DNA of 38,638 nt, taken from assembly GCA_000436255.1 (NCBI GenBank), contig HF990819.1, forward strand, positions 17,943 through 56,580. The letters run 5' to 3'. A model generated the notes under the pieces. It did no database searches and had not been told where the DNA came from. It saw nothing but the letters and a program-made list of their open reading frames with translations. Origin of the DNA: Clostridium sp. CAG:1193 (GTDB lineage: Bacteria; Bacillota_I; Bacilli_A; RF39; UBA660). The position numbers were made by a program, and so were the translations under genes. Positions 8,224 through 16,692 of the stretch are shown in pieces (the stretch's first letter is position 1; each line of letters starts with the position of its first letter).

Positions 8224-8251
8224 AAAAAGAAAAAATTAATTTTCTTTTTTT
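8222..8251. terminator. Possible weak bidirectional hairpin between convergent genes
   Basis: aaaaaaagaaaa / ttttcttttttt inverted repeat, almost entirely A-T, so stability is low. Confidence 0.35.
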
Positions 8252-9684
8252 TATAAATCTAATACTTGAGTATCATCAAGAGATGGAGGTTTAATAATAG
8301 TTTGAACATTATTTACAGGTTCATTACTAACTGATGGGGTATCAGATTTGAATAAACTTTTCTCAGTTACAGGTGAATAAATTTTAGCACTATTTTTTAC
8401 ATCGTTAACATTAAGTTGACTAGTTTTAGATAATTCAGTTTGCTCAATTGCATTATGTAAGTCATACTTATATGCACTTGATGCATTTTTATCATCAGCA
8501 ACATCATCAAGTTCGATTAATTTAATTATTTCTTCAAAAGTGGTATATCCATTTATTACTTTTTCAAGACCATCTTGAAGTAGAGTATTAACATCAGTAT
8601 TGTATACTAAATTACGAAGTTCATCTTTAGGCATATTATTAGAAATTGCATCTCTTATTTCTTGGGTAATTAATAATACTTCATGAATTGCAATACGACC
8701 TCTATAACCACTTCCACATTCAGGACATCCAACTGCAGAATATATTTCATTTATTTCCATACCAAATACTTTTCTAAATATTTCTTTTTCATAACTATTA
8801 GTTGGTCTTTTTTTCTTACATTTATCACATAATTTTCTTGCTAGTTTCTGTGAAATTATTCCTTCAAGAGCACTTGCAAGTAAGTATCTTTCAACTTCCA
8901 TATCAAGTAAACGTTCAATTGTATTAAGTGAGTTATTAGTATGTATTGTTGATAATACTAAGTGACCAGTAATAGATGCTCTAACTGCTATTTTTGCTGT
9001 TTCATTATCACGAATTTCTCCGATCATTACTATATCTGGGTCTTGTCTTAATACAGAACGCAATACATTAGCAAATGTTAAACCAATTTCACTATTAACT
9101 TGAACTTGGTTAATTCCTTTTATATTCATTTCTATCGGATCTTCAACCGTAATAAGGTTAGTTTCAGTTCTATTTAATTTTTGTAAAATAGAGTATACAG
9201 TAGTAGATTTACCACTACCAGTCGCACCTGTAACTAATATTATACCAGAAGGTATATTTATAAGTTTTGAAATCTTTTTAAAGTTTCTTTCACTAAATCC
9301 TAAGTATTCAATACCTTTTAAACTCATCGAATAATCAAGAATACGAATAACTATTTTTTCACCTTCATTAGTTGGCAAAGAAGAAACACGGAGATCCAAA
9401 TTTTCTTCTTTAATAGTAGTTTTAATCGCACCGTCTTGTGGTAATCTTACTTCAGTAATATTCATACCAGACATAATTTTAATACGTGTAATCAAATTTT
9501 TCTTAAGAGTGTTTGGTATAGTTGTATAATCTGATAATAATCCGTCAATACGAATTCTAACTTTCATTTCATCTTCTTCAGGGTCAAAGTGAATATCACT
9601 AGCACCCCTTTTAGAAGCATCATAAAGTATTTCATTTACTACTTCAACTATAGGCAACTTCTCATAATCAAAAGTTTTAATCAT
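8251..9684 (-). CDS. pilB: GspE/PilB-family type IV pilus / type II secretion-like assembly ATPase (ComGA-like short form) with a C-terminal extension of about 83 aa
   Basis: ASDIHFDP, Walker A VTGATGSGKSTT, Asp/His boxes (IRDNETAKIAVRASITGHLVLSTIHTN) and a tetracysteine motif CDKCKKK...CPECGSGYRGR. RBS gggagg. Confidence 0.85.
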   Translation of the reverse strand: MIKTFDYEKLPIVEVVNEILYDASKRGASDIHFDPEEDEMKVRIRIDGLLSDYTTIPNTLKKNLITRIKIMSGMNITEVRLPQDGAIKTTIKEENLDLRVSSLPTNEGEKIVIRILDYSMSLKGIEYLGFSERNFKKISKLINIPSGIILVTGATGSGKSTTVYSILQKLNRTETNLITVEDPIEMNIKGINQVQVNSEIGLTFANVLRSVLRQDPDIVMIGEIRDNETAKIAVRASITGHLVLSTIHTNNSLNTIERLLDMEVERYLLASALEGIISQKLARKLCDKCKKKRPTNSYEKEIFRKVFGMEINEIYSAVGCPECGSGYRGRIAIHEVLLITQEIRDAISNNMPKDELRNLVYNTDVNTLLQDGLEKVINGYTTFEEIIKLIELDDVADDKNASSAYKYDLHNAIEQTELSKTSQLNVNDVKNSAKIYSPVTEKSLFKSDTPSVSNEPVNNVQTIIKPPSLDDTQVLDL

Positions 9685-9787
9685 AAACTGCCTCCCAATT
9701 TATTCTTTCTAAAATACCTATGGTATTTATTATAAATTTATTATATAATAATAGAGGAATAATATCAAGTAAGAATTTTGGGGTGAT

Positions 9788-12700
9788 ATGATGAAAAAAA
9801 AGAGAAATGGTTTCTTTTTGTCAGAAACAATGATAGTAATGACAGTCGTTGCAGTTGTTATATTAGGAGTATTTAAAGTATTCTCAAGTGTTTACACAAG
9901 ATATAAAGAAAGTGAGAACTATAATACAATAAATTCAATAAATGCTCTTTCAATATTAAACCAATACTATGACTCATATGATATTAATATATTAACTATA
10001 TTAAATGGAAATTATTATGTTGATTTAACTAACTTAGATACATATGAAAGTGAACATTATGACAATTTAAAAAGTACACTTAATGTAGATAAGGTGTATT
10101 TATTTGATGGAACTAAGTTATTTAGTGGAGAGAATATATATAATTTTGATCTAAATACAAGAAAGTACTTAAAAACATTAAGTAAGAAAAATTATGATAC
10201 TATGCTTGTAGTAAAACTAAAAAGTGAAGAGTATGCTAGTGTAGAAGTAAAAGGTAATGAAATAGTTACTTTAGTAGGAGACTCTAACGATGAATTTGTA
10301 ACGTATGTAGAGTTAAATACTGAGTTTTTTGATCCAGGATATATTAACTGGATTGGTGATAAACCTAAAATAACAGGATCAGTAGATACTACGAAAGAAG
10401 GAACATATTATTTAACATATGACTTTAATGGATATTTATTAAGAAGAAAAGTAATAGTAACAAAAGCTGTTTATAACTATGATTACACAGGTGGTGCTCA
10501 AACATTTACTGCACCATCTTCAGGATATTATAAATTAGAAACTTGGGGTGCTCAAGGTGGAACATCTTTAAATAATAATGTTCTTACAACACCAGGTGGA
10601 TATGGGGGATATAGTAAAGGAGTAGTTTATTTAAAAAAAGGTGAAACTGTATACATATATGTTGGTGGAAAAGGTCAAGATGGTACAAAAGGTAAAAATG
10701 CTACAGGGGGATATAATGGTGGTGGAAGTGGAACATGGGATACCACTGATGATGAAAGTGGTGGTGCAGGAGGAGGAGCCACACATATTGCAAAAGCATC
10801 AGGATTATTGTCATCATTAGAAAGTAACAAATCATCAATTTTAATAGTAGCTGGTGCAGGAGGAGGCTCTAGTTGGACATATGAAGTTGGACATGGTGGG
10901 GGCTTTACAGGAGTAGTGACTAAAACTACTAATCAATCAGTAGCAAATCAAGTAATGGGTTATGCATTTGGAAAAGGCCAAAATGCAACTGGTGTAGGTG
11001 CTAATGATGGAGTTGGTGGAGGAGGCGCTGGATATTATGGTGGATATTCAAACGATGTAAAAAACAAATCTGCCGGTGCTGGTGGTTCAGGGTACATTGG
11101 AAATGATTTATTAACAAATAAAGCAATGTATTGTTATGGGTGTGTAAATTCTACATCCCCAGATACATATACAGTATCAACTACAAATGTATCTGATACT
11201 GCAATCGAAAACTATGCTAAAAAAGGAAATGGTTATGCAAGAATAACACTTGCATATAAAGAAGAAAGTGAAGATGCTAAAACTTATAATTATACAGGTA
11301 ATGTTCAAACATATACAGTTCCTAAAACAGGTTGGTATAGAATAGAAGCATGGGGTGCAGCCGGTAATAACAATTATAGTGATTATGTAAAAACTTTAAT
11401 ACCAACAAAAGGTGGTTATACAAAAGGAGAAATTTACTTAACAAAAGATGAAAAACTTTATGTGTATGTTGGAGGTATAAGAGAAACATTTAACTGTTGT
11501 ACACAACAATCTGGTGTTGGTTCTGGTGGCGCTACTGACATAAGGCTAGTTAGTGGGGATTGGAATAATGCTGATTCATTAAGAAGTAGAATAATGGTTG
11601 CTGGTGGAGCTGGTGGCTCTTACCTTGATCCAAGTGCTCCAAGAGGCGGAAGTGCTGGTGGACTTATATCTGAAAATGTAATTTTAAGTTATGAAACAAC
11701 ACATCTTGCAGGGCCTACTACACAAACATCTAGTGGAGCTGCTGGTACTAGTGGATCAGTTGGTGGATTTGGATATGCCGGTACTGTAACAAATATAGCA
11801 TATAGCCCAGGTGGTGGTGGCTACTATGGTGGAAGTGGAGCAGCAGCAAGTGCAGGTGGTTCATCATTTATATCTGGATATGCTGGTGTTAATGCAATAG
11901 ATTCATCAGGAAATCACACAAATGATACAAAACACTATAGTGGTAAATACTTTATTAATGGAGAAATGCAAGCAGGAGTTAATTTAGAATCTGGTAAAGC
12001 AAGAATAACATATATAGGTGAAAATAAATCAACCAGAAATACGAAACTAGATAATGTAAGATATATAAAAGATTGTGTTTCAGGTAACCAAACTGATAGT
12101 ACAAATAGATGGAATGAAATACAAGCAATATATAATGGTAGCAACATTGCAAAAGGAAAAACTGCTACTATGGTAAGTGGTACTTTATCACTACCTGCAA
12201 AAATAACTGATGGAGATATAGGAAAATATGCTACAGGGAATGATTCATATAGTACTGGTAACTGTGTATTAATAGATTTAGGACAAAGCTATAATCTTGA
12301 TGAAGTTGCTGTATGGCGTAATTATGAAACAATATTTAATGCTACTAAAAATACAGTTACATCAGTATCAAGTGATAATACTAACTGGACTACTATAATA
12401 ACAGATAGTAAAATAGAAACTCCAGAAGGTAAAAGAATGACGGCATATTATTACGATAATGAACAAAATAATATATTAACTAATTATACTTTTAGTGATT
12501 ATACAAAAGTAGACTGGCCTTGGGATAAAACTTTAAATAGAAGTTTAGGAATTGTCCCTACAAATTGGTCTAGTTATAATAGTGGAGTAGAAGAACCTGA
12601 AAAAGGATATCATGCGAGATTTGATAATAGTCCATTTGGTTATAATATGGTGGTATTTCCTAATTTAAATTCATCTATAAATCAAACTGGAAGATGGATG

Positions 12701-13033
12701 GGTATATATATAAATAGCATTAATGCGAATGTAATAAAAGCAAATGCGACTTATGAAGTAGTTATGGATATTTATCCAACAATAAAAGAATTTACTGTAA
12801 CAGGTGGTATATGGCATAGTAATAAGAATACTCAAACTTATGAATTTTCTAGTGCATTCTTTACAATTGCCACATCAAAAGAAAATATAAATAAATGGAT
12901 AACTGTAAGAAGAGTAATTACAACACCTACAACTTTAAATGAATCTGCAGGAACTAATTTATTTATTTATGGTAATGCTGGAAAAGAAGGAACAGCATAC
13001 GTAAGAAATATAAAACTTAGAAGAGTGAGTTAA
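9788..13033 (+). CDS. Giant modular type IV pilin-like protein (1081 aa): prepilin signal, Ig-like module, two glycine-rich (ALK/LTK-type) domains, discoidin-like module and a C-terminal beta-sandwich-like module
   Basis: N-terminus MMKKKRNG|FFLSETMIVMTVVAVVILGVF gives Gly at -1, Phe at +1 and Glu at +5, followed by about 20 hydrophobic residues. Downstream modules are listed separately. Confidence 0.85.
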   Translation: MMKKKRNGFFLSETMIVMTVVAVVILGVFKVFSSVYTRYKESENYNTINSINALSILNQYYDSYDINILTILNGNYYVDLTNLDTYESEHYDNLKSTLNVDKVYLFDGTKLFSGENIYNFDLNTRKYLKTLSKKNYDTMLVVKLKSEEYASVEVKGNEIVTLVGDSNDEFVTYVELNTEFFDPGYINWIGDKPKITGSVDTTKEGTYYLTYDFNGYLLRRKVIVTKAVYNYDYTGGAQTFTAPSSGYYKLETWGAQGGTSLNNNVLTTPGGYGGYSKGVVYLKKGETVYIYVGGKGQDGTKGKNATGGYNGGGSGTWDTTDDESGGAGGGATHIAKASGLLSSLESNKSSILIVAGAGGGSSWTYEVGHGGGFTGVVTKTTNQSVANQVMGYAFGKGQNATGVGANDGVGGGGAGYYGGYSNDVKNKSAGAGGSGYIGNDLLTNKAMYCYGCVNSTSPDTYTVSTTNVSDTAIENYAKKGNGYARITLAYKEESEDAKTYNYTGNVQTYTVPKTGWYRIEAWGAAGNNNYSDYVKTLIPTKGGYTKGEIYLTKDEKLYVYVGGIRETFNCCTQQSGVGSGGATDIRLVSGDWNNADSLRSRIMVAGGAGGSYLDPSAPRGGSAGGLISENVILSYETTHLAGPTTQTSSGAAGTSGSVGGFGYAGTVTNIAYSPGGGGYYGGSGAAASAGGSSFISGYAGVNAIDSSGNHTNDTKHYSGKYFINGEMQAGVNLESGKARITYIGENKSTRNTKLDNVRYIKDCVSGNQTDSTNRWNEIQAIYNGSNIAKGKTATMVSGTLSLPAKITDGDIGKYATGNDSYSTGNCVLIDLGQSYNLDEVAVWRNYETIFNATKNTVTSVSSDNTNWTTIITDSKIETPEGKRMTAYYYDNEQNNILTNYTFSDYTKVDWPWDKTLNRSLGIVPTNWSSYNSGVEEPEKGYHARFDNSPFGYNMVVFPNLNSSINQTGRWMGIYINSINANVIKANATYEVVMDIYPTIKEFTVTGGIWHSNKNTQTYEFSSAFFTIATSKENINKWITVRRVITTPTTLNESAGTNLFIYGNAGKEGTAYVRNIKLRRVS
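10253..10471 (+). other. Ig-like module (DUF5011-like pattern) inside the giant pilin
   Basis: VTLVGD..FVTYVELNTEFFDPGY....ITGSVDTTKEGTYYLTY..........KVIV. The same pattern occurs at 17128-17352. Confidence 0.55.
10472..11257 (+). other. Glycine-rich domain copy 1 (Pfam Gly_rich / ALK-LTK glycine-rich-domain-like)
   Basis: YNYDYTGGAQTFTAPSSGYYKLETWGAQGG...PGGYGGYSKGVVYLKKGETVYIYVGGKG...GGYNGGGSG...GGAGGGATHI...ILIVAGAGGGS...GNGYARITLAY. Confidence 0.65.
11279..12019 (+). other. Glycine-rich domain copy 2
   Basis: KTYNYTGNVQTYTVPKTGWYRIEAWGAAG...KGGYTKGEIYLTKDEKLYVYVGG...GSGGATDIRL...RIMVAGGAGGS...PGGGGYYGGSG...SGKARITYIG. It is collinear with copy 1. Confidence 0.65.
12041..12410 (+). other. 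Discoidin / F5-8 type C-like (galactose-binding-like) module
   Basis: RWNEIQAI...ITDGDIGKYATGN...CVLIDLGQSYNLDEVAVWRNYE...SSDNTNWTTI. Confidence 0.5.
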
Positions 13034-13034
13034 T

Positions 13035-13994
13035 TTATAATACTTTCCATATAAAGAATATTATTGTAGATATAGATGCATGTAATATCCTTGAAATAAA
13101 ATATGGAAAGTATTTTATTTTTGTATCACTAATAATACTTAGTACTTGCATATGTACGGATAGCCCACCAAAAGAAATAAAAAATACAGAAATTAATGCT
13201 TGTTTATATAATGGTATTTTAAGCATACTTAAATATTTTAATCCTTGTGTCATTTCAAATATTCCATTAATTATTGATTTATAATAAGGACTAACACTTA
13301 AATTATTATTAATAAGAGTAGTCAGTACTAAAAATATAGTAACTGTGCCTAAAATTAGTAATAAAGTACTAATACTACTTGTTATAGCATTAGATAACAT
13401 TTGACCAAATGATTTATCAGTTCTAGAACTATTCATACTAATAATTGCATTTTTTAAAGATACTTTTGTAGTGTCTTTTTTCGATATATAATAATTTCTA
13501 AATATTAAACCAATAAATAAGTTTCCAATATAATGTGATATTAAAATACACATACCAATTTCTTTATTATTTAAGAAAGTTATTGAAAGGGTGCCTAGTA
13601 TAAATAATGGATTAGAAAAATGAGTAAATGTAAGAAGTTTAGTTGCTTCTTTATCATTGATTTCACCATTTAAATATAGTTCTTTAGTGTATTTAGCACT
13701 ACTAGGAAATCCACTTAAAATGCTTAATATAATTATAAATGCTCCAGTACCATTTATTTTAAATAATTTATACATAACATCTTTAAGAAGTGTACCAAGT
13801 AATTTGGGGAAACCTAAATCTATAAGTATATTTCCAATAACAAAAAATGGAAACAAAGATGGGAATATACTATTTTCCCATATATTAAATGAAAATTTAA
13901 CTGATTCTAAAACATCAGCACTTTCAATTAATACTTCTACACTTATTAATATCATTATTAAAAGAAGTAAAACATTTGATAATATTTTTTTCAT
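13035..13994 (-). CDS. ylbJ: Sporulation integral membrane protein YlbJ-like (nucleoside-recognition/Gate-domain family)
   Basis: Polytopic membrane protein with FNIWENSIFPSLFPFFVIGNIL. It sits next to a ylbL homologue, as in Bacillus. Confidence 0.65.
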   Translation of the reverse strand: MKKILSNVLLLLIMILISVEVLIESADVLESVKFSFNIWENSIFPSLFPFFVIGNILIDLGFPKLLGTLLKDVMYKLFKINGTGAFIIILSILSGFPSSAKYTKELYLNGEINDKEATKLLTFTHFSNPLFILGTLSITFLNNKEIGMCILISHYIGNLFIGLIFRNYYISKKDTTKVSLKNAIISMNSSRTDKSFGQMLSNAITSSISTLLLILGTVTIFLVLTTLINNNLSVSPYYKSIINGIFEMTQGLKYLSMLKIPLYKQALISVFFISFGGLSVHMQVLSIISDTKIKYFPYFISRILHASISTIIFFIWKVL

Positions 13995-14035
13995 AATAAC
14001 TCACTTTCTGATATACTAATATAAAGAGGGATAAG

Positions 14036-15019
14036 ATGATTAGTAAATTATATTCAAAAATAAAAAATTTTTTAAAAGATAATATAATATATATTTTGTT
14101 AGTATTAATAACTATTACTATTTCTAATATACCAATGCCTTATCATATAGAAACTTATGGAGGATTAATTAATATTAAAAATAAAGTAATAGTAGATAAT
14201 GAATATGAAAGTATGGGCTCATATAATTTAACCTATGTTTCTGAGATAAAAAGTAATATTTTTACAGTACTTTTATCTAAATTTAATAAAGACTGGGATT
14301 TATATAAAAATGAAAATACTAAAGAAAAAGCATCTGATTTGAATTTAAGGGGAGAATTACTTTTATATAATTCATTTAGTAATGCCACGTATGTTGCATA
14401 TACATATGCGAAAGAAAAAATAAACATTGTATCATCAAGTGTATATGTTATTTATATAGACAAAGATGCATCTACTAACTTAAAAGTAGGAGATAAAATT
14501 AATTCTGTTAATGGCTTTGATATATCAAGTTTAAGTAATTATTTAAATGTTGTAGAAAATAGTAAAAAAGGTGATAAGTTAAAATTAATCGTTAATGATA
14601 ATGAAGAAAAATATATAGTGGTAAGTGAATATAATGGTAAAAAAAATACACTTATAGCTTTAATATGTAATAATTCATATGATAAGAACGTAACATTTAA
14701 TTTTAATAAAAATGAATCGGGCCCATCAGGAGGATTTATAATAGCACTTAGTATTTATGATAAATTAGTATCTGCTGATATATCTCGTGGGTATAAAATA
14801 TCTGGTACAGGAACAATTGATATAAATGGTTTAGTTGGAGAAATTGATGGTGTTAAATATAAATTAAAGGGCGCAGTTAAAAATAAAGCGGATATTTTCT
14901 TTGTTCCTGTTAATAATTATAATGAAGCAATTAAAGAAAAAAACGAAAACAATTATGATATAGACATAGTTAAAATATATAAATTTAGTGATGCGATTAA
15001 GTATTTAGAAAGTAAGTAA
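14036..15019 (+). CDS. ylbL: YlbL/SepM-family membrane protease (PDZ plus Lon-like S16 C-terminal domain)
   Basis: N-terminal TM segment and a PDZ-like region (LKVGDKINSVNG). Lon-C motif SGPSGGFIIALSIYDKL...ISGTGTIDINGLVGEIDGVKYKLKGA. Confidence 0.8.
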   Translation: MISKLYSKIKNFLKDNIIYILLVLITITISNIPMPYHIETYGGLINIKNKVIVDNEYESMGSYNLTYVSEIKSNIFTVLLSKFNKDWDLYKNENTKEKASDLNLRGELLLYNSFSNATYVAYTYAKEKINIVSSSVYVIYIDKDASTNLKVGDKINSVNGFDISSLSNYLNVVENSKKGDKLKLIVNDNEEKYIVVSEYNGKKNTLIALICNNSYDKNVTFNFNKNESGPSGGFIIALSIYDKLVSADISRGYKISGTGTIDINGLVGEIDGVKYKLKGAVKNKADIFFVPVNNYNEAIKEKNENNYDIDIVKIYKFSDAIKYLESK

Positions 15020-15046
15020 TTAGTTTTATAAACTAATTTTCTTTTG
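15018..15046 (+). terminator. Rho-independent terminator
   Basis: aattagttt / aaactaatt 9-bp stem, 3-nt loop, T-rich tail. It overlaps the stop codon. Confidence 0.5.
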
Positions 15047-15097
15047 TAATAATATTCACTTTAAAATCATATTAATTAATGGAAAGAGAGGAATGTT

Positions 15098-15802
15098 ATG
15101 AAACAAATTGTACCTTTTGTAAAAGAAATCGAACTAAAAAACAATATTGAGGAAATTACTAGTATATCTTTAGATCACACTTTAAAAAGTAATGGATTAA
15201 ATGAAATAAATGGAGAATTTTCTTTATATTTTGAGTATAAAGAAAACGAAATAAGTGTAAATACAGAATCATATTCATGTAAGATACCATTTAATATAGA
15301 TTTGGATGATAGATACATATTAAAAGATTCTAATATAGATATTGATGATTTTTATTATGAAATAGAAGATAGAAAAGTTATACTTCATATTGATGTATTA
15401 GTAGATAATATTGATATAAAAGAAAGTGAAATTGAAATTATGCCAAGAAATATTGATAAAAAAGTATCAGAAGAATTTAATGATGAAAGAGCTATTGAAG
15501 AAGAAAAAGGGGATGAAGATATTAAAATAGATGATTTATTTAAAGAAATTGATACAGATGTAGATTTAAGTGTGCCTAAAGAAGATGAAGAAGAAAGTAA
15601 AAAAACTATAGAAATATTTGAAACGTTTGATTCGAAAAGTGAAACTTATGTTACATATAATGTACATATAGTAAGAGAAAATGATACTATTGATTCTATA
15701 TGTAGTAAGTATGGTGTTACAAAAGAAGAATTATCTAATTATAATGAGTTAAAAGATATTAAATTTGGTGATAAGTTAATAGTACCAACATATAAAAAAT
15801 GA
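15098..15802 (+). CDS. spoVID: SpoVID-like sporulation protein (N-terminal SPOCS/DUF3794-like region, acidic linker, C-terminal LysM)
   Basis: C-terminal LysM YNVHIVRENDTIDSICSKYGVTKEELSNYNELKDIKFGDKLIVP and an acidic middle region. It is coupled to a ysxE-like gene, as in Bacillus. Confidence 0.55.
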   Translation: MKQIVPFVKEIELKNNIEEITSISLDHTLKSNGLNEINGEFSLYFEYKENEISVNTESYSCKIPFNIDLDDRYILKDSNIDIDDFYYEIEDRKVILHIDVLVDNIDIKESEIEIMPRNIDKKVSEEFNDERAIEEEKGDEDIKIDDLFKEIDTDVDLSVPKEDEEESKKTIEIFETFDSKSETYVTYNVHIVRENDTIDSICSKYGVTKEELSNYNELKDIKFGDKLIVPTYKK

Positions 15803-16692
15803 AAATATTAAAAGAAGTATTTGGTAATGATAAAAAAATATCTAATGTAACAAAAAAAGGAAAATGTATAATTGCAAAAGTAGATGAAGATTATATAGTG
15901 CTTAAAGAAAAAAATAATCATAATATAAATGAAACTTATGATTATTTAATATCAAGGGGTTTTTCATATTTTCCAAAAATTAAGTATGATAATTATAAAT
16001 ATAATTTGTATGAATATATAAAAGAAGTTAATGTTCCACTTGAACAAAAAGCTTTTGATATGATGAATTTATTATCATTACTTCATAATAAAACTACATT
16101 CTATAAAGAAATGGATATGGATGAATATAAAGGAATATATGAAGGAGTTATTAATAAGATAAATAATACAATTACATATTATGATAATCTTATGAATATA
16201 ATAGAAAGTCATGTATTTATGAGTCCATCAGAGTATTTAATTGCAAGAAATATATCTAAAATTTATGGTGCGCTTAACTATGCAAAAATAACTATAGATG
16301 AGTGGTATAACATAATTAAAGTAAGTGCAAAAAAAAGAGTTGTACTTCTTTATAATAATATAGATTTAGATCATGTTATAAGAAATAAAGAACTCTATTT
16401 AATTAATTTTGAAAAAACTAAACAAGGAATACCTATTTACGATTTATATGATTTTTATAAAAAATATGCATTTTCTTTTGACTTTGTTGATTTGATAAAA
16501 TATTATGAAAGTAAATATCCATTATTAAAAGAAGAAAAATTACTATTTTATACTTTAATATCGATACCAGATATTATTAAATTTACAGACACTGAGATAA
16601 ATAATTGTAAAACATGTAAAGATATAATTGATTTAATTTATAAATCAGAAGTATTAATATCTAAAAATACAGAAGAAGGAAATAGTGAATAA
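15799..16692 (+). CDS. ysxE: YsxE/CotS-family spore-coat kinase-like protein
   Basis: ATGA overlap with the spoVID-like gene. Size and position match the Bacillus spoVID-ysxE pair. The assignment rests mainly on synteny. Confidence 0.5.
   Translation: MKILKEVFGNDKKISNVTKKGKCIIAKVDEDYIVLKEKNNHNINETYDYLISRGFSYFPKIKYDNYKYNLYEYIKEVNVPLEQKAFDMMNLLSLLHNKTTFYKEMDMDEYKGIYEGVINKINNTITYYDNLMNIIESHVFMSPSEYLIARNISKIYGALNYAKITIDEWYNIIKVSAKKRVVLLYNNIDLDHVIRNKELYLINFEKTKQGIPIYDLYDFYKKYAFSFDFVDLIKYYESKYPLLKEEKLLFYTLISIPDIIKFTDTEINNCKTCKDIIDLIYKSEVLISKNTEEGNSE

Noticed and set aside
10472-12019. Glycine-rich stretches as collagen-like, PE-PGRS-like or merely disordered low-complexity sequence
   Set aside because: There is no Gly-X-Y periodicity. 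The Gly runs are interspersed with conserved beta-strand-like blocks in the same order in both copies, which indicates a folded repeated domain rather than a linker.
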